Positions 29,818 through 40,024 of a stretch of 64,000 nt of DNA are shown here, piece by piece. Below the pieces are notes generated by a model. It saw only the letters and a list, made by a program, of their open reading frames with translations. It did no database searches and was not told where the DNA came from. The stretch lies in NCBI GenBank assembly GCA_963555755.3, contig OY820905.2, forward strand, positions 3,777,196 to 3,841,195, given 5' to 3'. Numbering within the stretch: position 1 is the first letter of the stretch; each line of letters opens with the position of its first letter. Made by a program: the position numbers and the translations under genes. The DNA comes from Nitrospirales bacterium. GTDB taxonomy: Bacteria > Nitrospirota > Nitrospiria > Nitrospirales > UBA8639.

Positions 29818-30263
29818 ATGTCAAAAAGACCCAACCCCCCACGATATCGCAAACACCTTTGATTGCGTGGCTATGATTATCGTGAGAACGGATACTACTT
29901 TGTGACGGTCTGTACCAAAGATCGAAAACCTTACTTTGTTTCAGAAAGGGCCAAATCCATTTTACAAGAAAAAATAGATCAAATTCCTCGATTTTTTCCT
30001 GGTGTTACAATTGATCAGGCTGTTGTGATGCCGAATCACGTCCATGTCATTCTTCTCTTTCAATCATCTTCAAAATCTCTGGGTCAAGTCATTCAGGCCT
30101 TTAAATCTTGGGTGACACGGGGGGGGTAGGCCAATCCGTTTGGCAGCCTAATTATTATGAACACGTCATTCGAAATGAAATGGCCCTCCATAAAATTCGT
30201 GAGTACATTGTCAATAATCCCCTTATCGACCAGGTTGATTGCGACCAGTTTTATGAATTGTAG
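29818..30263 (+). pseudogene. REP-associated tyrosine transposase (RAYT, IS200-like HUH)
   Basis: L*LRGYDY..NGYYFVT.C, VMPNHVH, WQPNYYEHVIRN; TGA at 29860-29862 and a frameshift in the G run near 30120. Confidence 0.9.
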
Positions 30264-30330
30264 TGGGAACGGGTTGATAGTGCTTTGAAGAGGGTGCCAT
30301 GAACCGGCGCAGCTACAAAAGAGTGGCATT

Positions 30331-30408
30331 GTAGCTGCAGCGTCTCACGCTGCCTCTTCTTGGCGATTGTTGCGGGGAAAAGATGGCACGATGAGATCGT
30401 GCAGCTAC
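30331..30408. repeat. GTAG-family REP doublet (REPIN)
   Basis: Same two perfect hairpins as 29478-29563. Confidence 0.85.
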
Positions 30409-30420
30409 ACAAGAAAGAAT

Positions 30421-30513
30421 CCCAGGAAGGATAGACTGAAGGCCGAAGGCTTTTAGAGGCCAATAATGCGGATCATCCTTCAGCCCACAGCCTTTAGCCT
30501 TAATACCCGAGCA
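30421..30513. repeat. Family L repeat (GGCTGAA-type heptamer arms)
   Basis: Similar to 39829-39944 and 40496-40830. Confidence 0.65.
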
Positions 30514-30528
30514 GTTCCTCTGTCCGTG

Positions 30529-31767
30529 TCATTTTTTGAATCGAGAAAGAAAGGCCTCACATCGTTCTTTGATCTGCCTCATCACCTGATAAGCGACTTT
30601 GTGGTCGATCTCAATATCCGGCAATTGGGTGAGGATTTTATGGGCCAGTTCCGGAACATGCTGGACCACCATTGGCTTGGCCAGTCCGGCTTCTTGAGCC
30701 AGTGTCTCAAAATGTCGTGGGTAGAGTTGGCCGGAAACGGATTCTCCGCCAATCTTCATTGCTAAATGTTGGGAAAGCTCTGGGTAATACACCGTGCTGA
30801 CCACATCATACAAGGGTGCCAACCGAACGGAATGATCTTTCTGATAGAGGAGTGAAAAGTTTTTGGCATGGGCATCATGGTTTCCAATAAGCGCATGAAA
30901 AATTACGGCATCCAATAAATGTTGGAGGTCAATGACGGGAGCTGCTGAGACATTTCGGACCAAGTCAAAGCATTGTTTCAATGTTGGCCCACCCTCGCTT
31001 TGATATTTCCTTTCTGGAACCACCCCCAGTGCTTGGCAGAAATCTTCCTGATGCAATCGCCGCGTGTTTCCTTTTGAATCTCCCGTGCGGTCATAGCGTT
31101 CAATCAAAAGATAGTCGATCCTTTCAATGGTACCGATAGCCACGCTGGCCGTGGGCAGGCCGATCTTGCTCGCCAGGTTCATGCACACGGCTTCGTTAAG
31201 AACCACTCCTTCGAATCGCTCGATGGCCGGTTTGAGAATGTGGGTGCTTGGAGCACCTCTGAGTGGTACAGAAAAAATGTCAGTCCCGCTCACATGGACA
31301 GCAATTTTATCTTGAGCTCCAGCCAAAGAAAGACGGACTCCTTCCTCACCGGCCATTAAGGGACGACGGGGTAATTCCCGCAAAATCTTGGCCAGCTCCT
31401 TATCCCTCAAATGGCGATACGTCTCCTGACCTTCTCGTAGAAGCTCTCCCGTGGGAGTAAAGGTGATCGCGCCTGCACATTCCCCACCTATCCTTTCCAG
31501 CATAGCGAAATCATTTCTGGCACTGATACCAAGATTCCGTGCAATGATGTCCCGTTTGTTTCCTTCTGGAAGAATGCCTGCAAAAAAACCCCGGCATTCG
31601 GTACGGGTGAAAATGTTCTTTCGCAGTGGAAGCGATTGAGAAAGGGGTACAGCCTCGGATGTCTCAATCCAGCTTTGGGCATATTGGAAGAGCATTTGCC
31701 CATCATCATCCTGAGTCAGAAAGCCAACAAGTGTGTTGTGCAGATAGACATCAAGGGTTTTGGTCAT
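30529..31767 (-). CDS. hipA: HipA family kinase toxin
   Basis: SLAGAQDK, THILKP, GNHDAHAKNFS, LAPLYD. Confidence 0.95.
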   Translation of the reverse strand: MTKTLDVYLHNTLVGFLTQDDDGQMLFQYAQSWIETSEAVPLSQSLPLRKNIFTRTECRGFFAGILPEGNKRDIIARNLGISARNDFAMLERIGGECAGAITFTPTGELLREGQETYRHLRDKELAKILRELPRRPLMAGEEGVRLSLAGAQDKIAVHVSGTDIFSVPLRGAPSTHILKPAIERFEGVVLNEAVCMNLASKIGLPTASVAIGTIERIDYLLIERYDRTGDSKGNTRRLHQEDFCQALGVVPERKYQSEGGPTLKQCFDLVRNVSAAPVIDLQHLLDAVIFHALIGNHDAHAKNFSLLYQKDHSVRLAPLYDVVSTVYYPELSQHLAMKIGGESVSGQLYPRHFETLAQEAGLAKPMVVQHVPELAHKILTQLPDIEIDHKVAYQVMRQIKERCEAFLSRFKK

Positions 31768-31770
31768 GAC

Positions 31771-32001
31771 TTAGGCCATCCCACCAGGTCTTGGAGGAGT
31801 CAGTTTTAGTTTGATTCCCAAGGTGTGAAGAACCGTCAGGACTTTACCAAACTGACAGGTGGGTTTGCCCTTTTCCAATTCGATAATGAACCGTAGCCCT
31901 GTCCCGGATGTGAGCGCCAGGTCTTTTTGGGTCACCTTCATCTTCTTACGTGTATTCCTAACAAGGGTGCCAATGGTTTCTGGTGTGTATCTTACATGCA
32001 T
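31771..32001 (-). CDS. hipB: HipB-like XRE HTH antitoxin
   Basis: TQKDLALTSGTGLRFIIELEKGKPTCQ; start inferred at 32001. Confidence 0.88.
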   Translation of the reverse strand: MHVRYTPETIGTLVRNTRKKMKVTQKDLALTSGTGLRFIIELEKGKPTCQFGKVLTVLHTLGIKLKLTPPRPGGMA

Positions 32002-32008
32002 TATTTTG

Positions 32009-32125
32009 TATTCCCGTTCGGGAATATTACTTGTTTTTAAAGTGTGAATCAATAAAAATGTTACCCTTCGGGAATAAAATAGACAATTACCAAAGGAAAC
32101 AATAAAAAAATTCCCGATCGGGAAA
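32009..32125. promoter_or_regulatory. Three palindromic operators upstream of hipB
   Basis: TATTCCCGTTCGGGAATA (32009), GTTACCCTTCGGGAATA (32060), ATTCCCGATCGGGAAA (32110). Confidence 0.75.
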
Positions 32126-32189
32126 CTTTACGGTTTGTTTCATAGATCTAATTCATGAGCACACAAACATCTGTTATGTAATTCTGCTC

Positions 32190-32279
32190 TGTCATTTCGA
32201 GTGGAAGGAGAAATCTCTTTGTCCACCATTGGACGGTCTTGGCAGAAGCGGCAAGATTTCTTTCAAGGGCGAAATGACA
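32190..32279. repeat. TGTCATTTCGA..AGAAATCT / AGATTTCT..CGAAATGACA inverted repeat
   Basis: Inverted arms directly visible. Confidence 0.7.
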
Positions 32280-32305
32280 AAAAGAAAACCTGAATCCTCG
32301 ATAAA

Positions 32306-32572
32306 GGGTCTGTTGAATATTTCAGATCCATACCCATAGATGCTCCAGGAAAGACGGCCCGCATCAGTGGGAGGGAATGTTCAAAAAAGTCCGTCCAGCC
32401 CTGTCCTGAGCAGAGTCGAAGGAAAGGCCGCAGCCCTTTACGGCCTTCGTAGCTCACTTCGGCGGAGTAGGCATGACGCGCGGAGCGTACTCTCAGGCGT
32501 GAGCACGGCAAAAGGGCGACCGTGTCTGTGCGAAGCCCGAGAACGCTGCTGGCGGCTTTTTTCAACATTCCC
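32306..32572 (+). mobile_element. MITE family G-A, TSD ATAAA, with nested palindromes
   Basis: ATAAA at 32301-32305 and 32573-32577. Confidence 0.9.
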
Positions 32573-32673
32573 ATAAAGGATGTCGGGGATGATAAACAAG
32601 GAATGGATGGACAGGTTCCAATCAATCCACCTCCCTCATTTGATACGTCGATTCTTCCCTTAGGTTCCTGCGT

Positions 32674-32906
32674 GGGGCGCGGCGGAGCCTCCGTCCAGAA
32701 TCGACCCCTCTGGCGAGGCTGTTTGAGTCCTTCGGCAAGGCTCAGGATAGACTCCGCGAGTTCCCGAGCCATCTTGATCTGTCCTGAGCCAGGTCGAAGG
32801 ATTCGGGATGGAGGTGGAGGAACCCGAAGGGCCGCGCACGGGCAAACATGGTGTTGGGCACTTTTGCCGAAACAACAGTGCCTCGTCGCGCGGGGGCGAA
32901 ACCCCG
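32674..32906 (+). repeat. Family B dispersed repeat
   Basis: Family consensus. Confidence 0.8.
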
Positions 32907-33007
32907 AATTTAATATTCGGACAAACCAAAAGGGAAAGGGCCAAGGAAGAAGAAAAGAGGGATGGGGGAATGAGAAGCTGTTTTTTAGAAAACCAGTTGG
33001 GAATAAA

Positions 33008-34849
33008 TTACTGCGCCAGAGGGATTAATGCTTCAGGTGATTCCCTTGGGGGTGCGGAGGTGATTTCAGCTCTAGGCTTCACGTCTTCAAGAAACTCTTT
33101 AACGGTAATGGTTCCATTGCCGTTGGCATCGGCTCTTCCCAAAAGCCCAGCGAGAAGCTCGGCTGGCCCCTCATTCCTTTGACGAAATTTTTGACGAACT
33201 TGAATAACTTTCGTTCCTCCCTGTAGGGAAAGAGCAAGGCCGCTCGTCCATTTGATGGGAATCGACCCGTTGGCGCCGATGGACCCGGTCTGACGAAGCA
33301 GTGGGGTGGCCGGCGTATCAAGGATGAGCAAGGTCAATCGATTTCCCATTTTTCCCAACACCCGTTGAAGGGTGCGAAGGGAAATAAGCCGTTTAGCGGA
33401 GGCGGTAGGGGATCCTTCGAAGGGCACAAGATAGACTTCGCCAGTGGTCGGGTGGCTCAGAGCTTGCCCGGAAAAATGAAAAATCAGAATTGAGTCTTTT
33501 CCCAAACGTTGCCGGCCCCAGGAAAGCAGGGCTTCTTCAATATCAGTTTTGGTGGCATGAGACCCTCGGAGAACCCGAATGTTTTTTTCAGAAAACACTC
33601 CGGTTGTTTGCAAGGTATTCTTGAGTGCTTGGAGTTGACCCTTTGGGATTCGATAGACCTTTTTCCATTTGTCCCGATACTGATCCAACCCAATGAGAAT
33701 CGCGACATATGTATTCACCGAGGGATCGATTTTTTGTTGAGGAGCCTTTGAGGTAAATTGCGTTGAATTTCTTTGCCCTGTTGTTGGGGTGGCGGACTGA
33801 AGGGCGGCTAAGATTCGATGCGACCCGACAATGGAACCATCACGCGGCTTTAAAGTCACAACCAATTCGCCCTTATTCTCCGGGACTTGAAAGGGTATCC
33901 GCCCGCGTATTTCAATGGTTTTTGTTTCTCCAGGCTGAAAATCACCAAAGGAAATGGGAAGGGGCGTCATTTCTGAAAACGCCTGAAGAAGCGTTTGGCT
34001 TCCCTTCAACTCTATATTCACTTCCAATAATGGCTGGGCCCCGGAGTTGGTCGCTTCAATTTGTAAGACCAACACCTCGCCACCTTCCAGAATCAGATTG
34101 TTGTTGCCATCTTTGAGCATGGTTCGAAATTTCAAGGCCGGCAGTGATGGTGTGCGAACTTGGTTTTGCGGGATTTGGGCGGTTAACGGTTGTTGAGGAT
34201 CTTGTCCGGTGAGTTGGGGAACGATGCTGACAAGTTGTCTGGCCAATTCAGCTGCAGCTCTACTCATTTCGTCGTCAAATGTTCCTGTGACACAGGAAAC
34301 GGAATTACCTGTGAGGGAAGGTGTCCAAATCGAAGCTTGGGCACTATAATTTAGAGGTGTCTGAGCGAGTTGTTTTCCCGTGGCGTCCATGAAAACCGCG
34401 AGCATCTGCAAATTGACAAAGGCGATGTACGTATCTTCCTGAGCTATTTTGGTGGCTGGTTGAAACGATTGATGAACGAGCCGTAAATGAACCGTCAAGT
34501 CACTCTGTTGAGATGCCTGCACTGCTTGTCCCGATCCTGAATAGGCCGCGACGGACGCAAATCGTTCTTGGCCGACTGCTAAAAAGGCCTGCGGAATAAT
34601 CTCCCCGGTATTGATCGTATAGGGCAACCCACAGGCATCAACTTCCAATGTCGCTTGCGTCACACTCGGATCAAAGGCATAAGAAACCGAGATGGGAAGT
34701 CTCGGCTCGGATTTCTTTCCAAACCCCAATTCTGGCATGTTCAATTCTGGTATAGCGATTTCGGGCATGCTTACGCTGTTACAACCATTTAGGGCGAATA
34801 TTGCTGCCAGTGCCAGGATCGCTCTGAGTGCTACGAGGGGCCTATCCAT
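33008..34849 (-). CDS. Lipoprotein with a C-terminal caspase-like (peptidase C14) domain lacking the catalytic dyad
   Basis: Lipobox LNGC; VAILIGLDQY...ATKTDIEEAL...IFHFSGQA...YLVPFEG...LLILDTP. Confidence 0.75.
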   Translation of the reverse strand: MDRPLVALRAILALAAIFALNGCNSVSMPEIAIPELNMPELGFGKKSEPRLPISVSYAFDPSVTQATLEVDACGLPYTINTGEIIPQAFLAVGQERFASVAAYSGSGQAVQASQQSDLTVHLRLVHQSFQPATKIAQEDTYIAFVNLQMLAVFMDATGKQLAQTPLNYSAQASIWTPSLTGNSVSCVTGTFDDEMSRAAAELARQLVSIVPQLTGQDPQQPLTAQIPQNQVRTPSLPALKFRTMLKDGNNNLILEGGEVLVLQIEATNSGAQPLLEVNIELKGSQTLLQAFSEMTPLPISFGDFQPGETKTIEIRGRIPFQVPENKGELVVTLKPRDGSIVGSHRILAALQSATPTTGQRNSTQFTSKAPQQKIDPSVNTYVAILIGLDQYRDKWKKVYRIPKGQLQALKNTLQTTGVFSEKNIRVLRGSHATKTDIEEALLSWGRQRLGKDSILIFHFSGQALSHPTTGEVYLVPFEGSPTASAKRLISLRTLQRVLGKMGNRLTLLILDTPATPLLRQTGSIGANGSIPIKWTSGLALSLQGGTKVIQVRQKFRQRNEGPAELLAGLLGRADANGNGTITVKEFLEDVKPRAEITSAPPRESPEALIPLAQ

Positions 34850-35004
34850 GGTGGTAACCTACCTGATGGCCTTCTTCGATGCAACATCGGGAATAATAAT
34901 TTTTCTGACCCAAGTTCTTGACCTTTTGGTAGGCCGCCGGCGAGAATAATTCTAACGGATCTCTTAAATCGCAACGGCGATTTGCATACCAAAAGGAGGC
35001 TCCC

Positions 35005-35748
35005 ATGGGCACGTATCGCGTGATGTTGGTATCGGGTCTTATGTGTATTTCGTTTGTGGGATGTTCGGCTGGATGGCCGCAGGCTCGTTTGGCAACCTAC
35101 CTTGGTCCGACCCCTTCTCCGCCAGCCCCAACAGAGATACTAAAGCGCGGAGAGGTCAGGGCCGGACTCTTGGTGATTAACGACACGTCCGCTCATGATT
35201 CGGCGCCTCAACTGTCGGCAGAGTCCTTTGATGCCACCAAGGAACATATCCAATTTCAGTTGACCAAAGAAGTTCCCATGGTGCTCGTAGGACTGGACAC
35301 CCCCATCCCGTCAACCCTACCTACGGAGCTCGTCTCGTTGCTTCAGATGGCCAAAGACCAGCAGGTGGATTACGTGGTCCTCGCCGTGGTTTCGAGTACC
35401 GAAATCGAAGTCCCGGATCGTCTCCCATTACAAGGGTCATTTTCTGGGGGTGGCATGCGAGGATTGTTGGTGGGCTATCGAGCTGAAAACTTTGCCCTTG
35501 CCGAGCTGGCGTTGGTGGATGTTCAGACTGGCCAGACTCTTATCCAGGCGGATGGCCAAGCGTGGGCCTCTTTGGAGCGATTGGACGTCCCTCTCGAATC
35601 GAATATTTATCCCGTGGTGCGCCGGGGCCTGGAAATTCCTCCGATCTACCCTACCAGAGAGGACCGAGCTCATGACGTGATGCGAGCCGTGGCGAGTAGC
35701 GATGCTATCAATCAAGCCGTCATGCATTTTAAAGAATCGTGGGGCTAG
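35005..35748 (+). CDS. Hypothetical lipoprotein
   Basis: Lipobox FVGC; paralogous to the next ORF. Confidence 0.75.
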   Translation: MGTYRVMLVSGLMCISFVGCSAGWPQARLATYLGPTPSPPAPTEILKRGEVRAGLLVINDTSAHDSAPQLSAESFDATKEHIQFQLTKEVPMVLVGLDTPIPSTLPTELVSLLQMAKDQQVDYVVLAVVSSTEIEVPDRLPLQGSFSGGGMRGLLVGYRAENFALAELALVDVQTGQTLIQADGQAWASLERLDVPLESNIYPVVRRGLEIPPIYPTREDRAHDVMRAVASSDAINQAVMHFKESWG

Positions 35749-35783
35749 GAGCCTGTCCGAGATTGACTTGAGAGGAAATTGAG

Positions 35784-36500
35784 ATGAATCCCAAAATAAT
35801 ATTTTCGGGGGTTCTTATGCTGCTCGTGTGCACGTTTCTGATCGCTGGATGCCAAACGCAGGCTCCAAGATTACCTGCCTATTTAGGACAGGTCGAAGGT
35901 CTTCATGACGTTCAGAATCCTCATCCGCAATCATTGCCGAGCGCCATCAACCAAATGGGTGTTCTGGTCATGACTGATACCTCCTTTCCAAATTCCGCCC
36001 TGCCTTTAAGTCCAGACATGCTGGCGATTTTAGAAAACCGCCTTGTCAAAAAAATGGACGAGTTCTTTGGTCTACAGGTCATAAACATTCGACCTGAGCA
36101 GCCGCTTCAACCCACTGGGAATGTGGGCCCGTTTACCCTTCTCACCAAAGCTCACAAGCTCGATTTCATGCTACTCGTCGTGCTGTCGAGCACGGAGGAG
36201 GAAAGTCATATTGAAATAGGTGAGGAGACCATGATGACACGGATGTCCGGAGTATCAATTGACAATGAGGCGCTGGCTGAGCTTGCCGTGCTCAATGCTG
36301 ATTCTGGAAAAATCGCACTTCATGCCACAGGCCATGGGGCGAGCAGCATGGAACAATTGGCTGCCCCGATTGGGGAAGATTATCCGAGAAAAGAAGACGC
36401 GCGAGATATTTTGCGGGCCAATGCCGCTCAACAGGCACTTGATCAAGCGTTACTCGCGTTGCAGCGTCAATGGGGGAGAAGCCTGGTTACAGGAAGTTGA
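35784..36500 (+). CDS. Hypothetical lipoprotein (paralog of 35005-35748)
   Basis: Lipobox IAGC; shared blocks DTS..SA..LS, V.SSTE, ALAELA. Confidence 0.75.
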   Translation: MNPKIIFSGVLMLLVCTFLIAGCQTQAPRLPAYLGQVEGLHDVQNPHPQSLPSAINQMGVLVMTDTSFPNSALPLSPDMLAILENRLVKKMDEFFGLQVINIRPEQPLQPTGNVGPFTLLTKAHKLDFMLLVVLSSTEEESHIEIGEETMMTRMSGVSIDNEALAELAVLNADSGKIALHATGHGASSMEQLAAPIGEDYPRKEDARDILRANAAQQALDQALLALQRQWGRSLVTGS

Positions 36501-36549
36501 GGGAATGGGTGTTACGCTAAGGATCTGCTTTATGGGTTTTTCGTGTCTT

Positions 36550-36708
36550 AAACTCGAATATCGAAATCCGAAACAAATCCGAAATTCGAAACTCAAATGT
36601 TTCAAACGGATTCTGTCGACTGATGCCACATGTCGTTGAAATGGCGTTTTAGGTATTTGGTCATTTGAATTTGTTTCGGATTTCGATATTCGAGTTTCGG
36701 ATTTATGG
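36550..36708. repeat. Inverted CGAAAT(C/T)-heptamer arrays between convergent genes
   Basis: CGAATATCGAAATCCGAAACAAAT... and ...ATTTGTTTCGGATTTCGATATTCG. Confidence 0.8.
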
Positions 36709-36768
36709 AACGTATTTCTGCGCAAAACCTTAGCTAAACACCTATGAAGTTGAGAGGCGCCTTCACGC

Positions 36769-37266
36769 CTACCGAAAATTGATGAATTGAAGGTCGATCC
36801 CAAAGTCCTGTTGTTTCAGAAAAGCGATGACGGACTGGAGCTCGTCTTTGCTTTTACTTTGAACCCTGACCTGATCGCCTTGAATTTGGCCTTGGGCTTT
36901 GAACTTTTTTTCCTTTATACTTTTCACGATCGCTTTGGTTTTCTCATCCACGATGCCACTTTGAATCGTGATGTGTTGTCGAACGGTTCCGCCGAGTGCT
37001 TGCTCGACCTTTCCATAATCCAGCGCTTTGAGGGAAATGTTTCGTTTGACCCATTTGGCTTTTAAAATGTCCAACACGGCCTTTAATTTGTAATCGTCAT
37101 CTGATACGACTTCCAAAATCTTTTCTTTTTCCTTCAAAGTCAGTTCAGACTTTGATCCTTTAAAATCGAATCGTTGTCCAAGCTCCTTTAAGGTCTGGTC
37201 CACCGCATTCTTCACTTCCTGCATATCGACCGTCGACACCACATCAAACGAAGAATTATCAGCCAT
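36769..37266 (-). CDS. yajQ: YajQ family cyclic-di-GMP/nucleotide-binding protein
   Basis: [25 protein letters not shown]; [16 protein letters not shown]. Confidence 0.97.
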   Translation of the reverse strand: MADNSSFDVVSTVDMQEVKNAVDQTLKELGQRFDFKGSKSELTLKEKEKILEVVSDDDYKLKAVLDILKAKWVKRNISLKALDYGKVEQALGGTVRQHITIQSGIVDEKTKAIVKSIKEKKFKAQGQIQGDQVRVQSKSKDELQSVIAFLKQQDFGIDLQFINFR

Positions 37267-37319
37267 TTCGCTCACTCCTTTGTATGTGCTCTAAAGAAAA
37301 TTTTCCACTAGTAACCTGG

Positions 37320-39260
37320 TCAGGCTGGAATACGAATGCCTTCTCCGTCAACAATCTCGGTACTCGTATACGGACGTTTCAGAATTAAATATCCATACCA
37401 TTTGATTGAGCTTTCCGCCAGGACAATCAAGGCGAGGATGGCGATGAGTCCCACGAGGCCAGCGTTCAAATACATCGTCATGTATTGGACGGATTCCGTC
37501 GCGGTGGCAGCTCGGTCGAGAAATAGCCACCACAGTTGGTAGCATCCTGTCAGTGTCATTACACCGACAAACACCATGGGAATAGCTGTGACCCAGATGT
37601 ATCGGGCTTTTCCCATCTTGATCAATAGCGTTGTGCCAATACAGAGGGCCAGTGTTCCCAGGAGCTGATTGGCTGCGCCAAACATTGGCCAGATTGTGGC
37701 GATGTTTCCCGTCGCGATCAAATATCCCCAGGCTCCGACCACAATCGCGCTGCACAAGAATACCCCTGGCCACCAGTTGATTTGACGAAGTGGTTGGTAC
37801 AAATACCCACCCAATTCTTGAACGAGGTACCGGGCAACCCGTGTGCCGGCATCGATTGTGGTTAAAATAAACAATGCTTCGAAGAGTAAGGCAAATTGAT
37901 ACCAATAGGCCATCAACCCGGCCATGCCTGGCAAGGCGGAAAAGATCCAGGCCATTCCGACCGCAAGTGACACCGCGCCTCCGGGACGACCTGAGACATC
38001 GACTTCGACAAGTTGCGAGAGTTCGTGAATTTTACCAATCGGATATCCCAACGCAGCTAACGCGTCAGCAGAGAGGTGGGTGTTAATGGCCAAATAATCA
38101 CCGGGGATGAGAAGGCCGGCGGAAATGAGGGCGATGACTCCCACGAAACTTTCCAACAGCATGGCACCGTACCCGATCATGGCTTGGGATTCGCGAGCAA
38201 TCATTTTGGGTGTGGTGCCGGATGCTATAAGCGAGTGAAATCCGGATATCGCGCCGCAGGCAATCGTGATGAACAAGAAGGGAAAAATCGGCCCGGGAAT
38301 AATGGGTCCGCCTCCGTGGATGAATTGTGTGATTCGCGGTATTTGCATGTCGGGAGCCAAGATGATGATGCCTACCGCCAGCAGGGCAACCACCCCGAGC
38401 TTCATGAATGTGGAAAGGTAATCTCTTGGGACGAGGAGCATCCAGACCGGCAGCACGGACGCGAGAAATCCGTAGCCTGCGAGCAGGCAGACTAAGGTGG
38501 CCCGTTCCAAACTGAACCACTCACCGAGCTCTGATTGAGCCACGACTCTTCCCACCGCCACCGCAATGAATAGCAAGACAATCCCGATGATTGACATTTC
38601 ACCAACCCAACCCGGGCGAATCTTGTGGTGATATAATCCCATCAACAACGCAATGGGAATGGTCATGCCAATCGTGAATGTTCCCCACGGATTGAGAAAG
38701 AGTGCATTCACCACCGCCAGCCCCAGTCCGGCTAAGGCCACAATGATAATGAAGAACACAGCTATGGCGGTGGCCATGCCCGTGACCCATCCGATTTCTG
38801 CTCTGGCAATTTCGGGTAAGGATTGACCATTCCGGCGAAGAGAGCCAACGAGGATCACGAAATCCTGAACCGCTCCCGCGACCACCGCTCCAATGACAAT
38901 CCAGAGGAAGCCTGGTAAAAATCCGAACTGCACCGCGAGCACGGGACCGAGAAGGGGCCCGGCACCAGCAATGGCGGCGAAATGGTGGCCAAAGAGCACG
39001 TATTTATTGGCGGGATAATAATTGGTGCCATCTTCCAATCGGTAGGCTGGTGTGCCCCGTTGGTCATCGAGGTTCATGACCTGGTGCCCGAGAAATCGGC
39101 CGTAAAATCGGTAGGCAAGCACGTAAAAGCATCCTGCTGCCGTGACCAACCACAGGCCGTTGACTTTTTCGTCGGGGTTGAGAATTCCAGTGACGAACGC
39201 AAACGATATCGCACAGAGTATTGAGATCGTGGTCCACCCAATTGGCGCAAGCTTGATCAT
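37320..39260 (-). CDS. cstA: Carbon starvation protein A transporter
   Basis: LFGHHFAAIAGAGPLLGP, ITIACGAISGFHSLI, WPMFGAANQLL. Confidence 0.95.
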   Translation of the reverse strand: MIKLAPIGWTTISILCAISFAFVTGILNPDEKVNGLWLVTAAGCFYVLAYRFYGRFLGHQVMNLDDQRGTPAYRLEDGTNYYPANKYVLFGHHFAAIAGAGPLLGPVLAVQFGFLPGFLWIVIGAVVAGAVQDFVILVGSLRRNGQSLPEIARAEIGWVTGMATAIAVFFIIIVALAGLGLAVVNALFLNPWGTFTIGMTIPIALLMGLYHHKIRPGWVGEMSIIGIVLLFIAVAVGRVVAQSELGEWFSLERATLVCLLAGYGFLASVLPVWMLLVPRDYLSTFMKLGVVALLAVGIIILAPDMQIPRITQFIHGGGPIIPGPIFPFLFITIACGAISGFHSLIASGTTPKMIARESQAMIGYGAMLLESFVGVIALISAGLLIPGDYLAINTHLSADALAALGYPIGKIHELSQLVEVDVSGRPGGAVSLAVGMAWIFSALPGMAGLMAYWYQFALLFEALFILTTIDAGTRVARYLVQELGGYLYQPLRQINWWPGVFLCSAIVVGAWGYLIATGNIATIWPMFGAANQLLGTLALCIGTTLLIKMGKARYIWVTAIPMVFVGVMTLTGCYQLWWLFLDRAATATESVQYMTMYLNAGLVGLIAILALIVLAESSIKWYGYLILKRPYTSTEIVDGEGIRIPA

Positions 39261-39272
39261 AGGGGACCTATG

Positions 39273-39752
39273 CTAATGAGGTGTAAGACCTGATGTAAAG
39301 GGCTTTGTCCCAGGTGTGGTTGGGGGATCAAACGGTGGTTTGCTGCATTTGGCCCGAATCGCGTTCATGGCTTGGAACACCATCGGTTGGGTGAGCAGTT
39401 TATGCTCCAGCTTCCGTTTTCCTGGGAAGTCAAGCAGAGACATTCCAATGACCATTGTCAAAATCCCTTGGCCAGGAAGAACCAGCATGGCAATGCCAGC
39501 CAAAAGAAAAATTAGTCCTACCGTGTTTTTGCAGATCACTCCCATCTTCCTCAACACCGGATGATAGTTCTCCATCCAAACATGTTCCAGATCATGTTGG
39601 AAATAATTTGCAGGCAGTCGGCTTAAGATAATGGGAATCGCGACGAGGGTTCCCACAAACATGACAGCGGATAATACGCCGATTGTGATGAGGGCTTCTT
39701 CCGAAATAACGTCTGTCAGGCTGGTATACCAACGTTGGAATGTGTGCATCAA
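39273..39752 (-). CDS. PGPGW-domain membrane protein
   Basis: AGIAMLVLPGQGILT. Confidence 0.8.
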   Translation of the reverse strand: MMHTFQRWYTSLTDVISEEALITIGVLSAVMFVGTLVAIPIILSRLPANYFQHDLEHVWMENYHPVLRKMGVICKNTVGLIFLLAGIAMLVLPGQGILTMVIGMSLLDFPGKRKLEHKLLTQPMVFQAMNAIRAKCSKPPFDPPTTPGTKPFTSGLTPH

Positions 39753-39828
39753 CGAATCCTAAAATATTGGAGGAGAGATACCATGTTCGCCTAATGGGGC
39801 ACAAATATTCCTAATGGAACAGGGGTCC

Positions 39829-39944
39829 GGTAGCTCAGGTATTTGGGCTGAAGGCTAAAGGCTGAAGGTTCCTACTCATAATGTCTGATTTTTGTATGAT
39901 CACCCTAATAACCTCCGGCCTTCAGTCTATCCACCTGAGTTACC
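39829..39944. repeat. Family L repeat (empty form)
   Basis: GGTAGCTCAGGT...ACCTGAGTTACC termini, GGCTGAA arms. Confidence 0.75.
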
Positions 39945-40024
39945 TGGCATGCATTGAAGGCTGCAGGAAAGAAACGGTAGGATCAGGCCGTTCATTCGCA
40001 AATACGTGTGGAGGTGTGCGTCGT

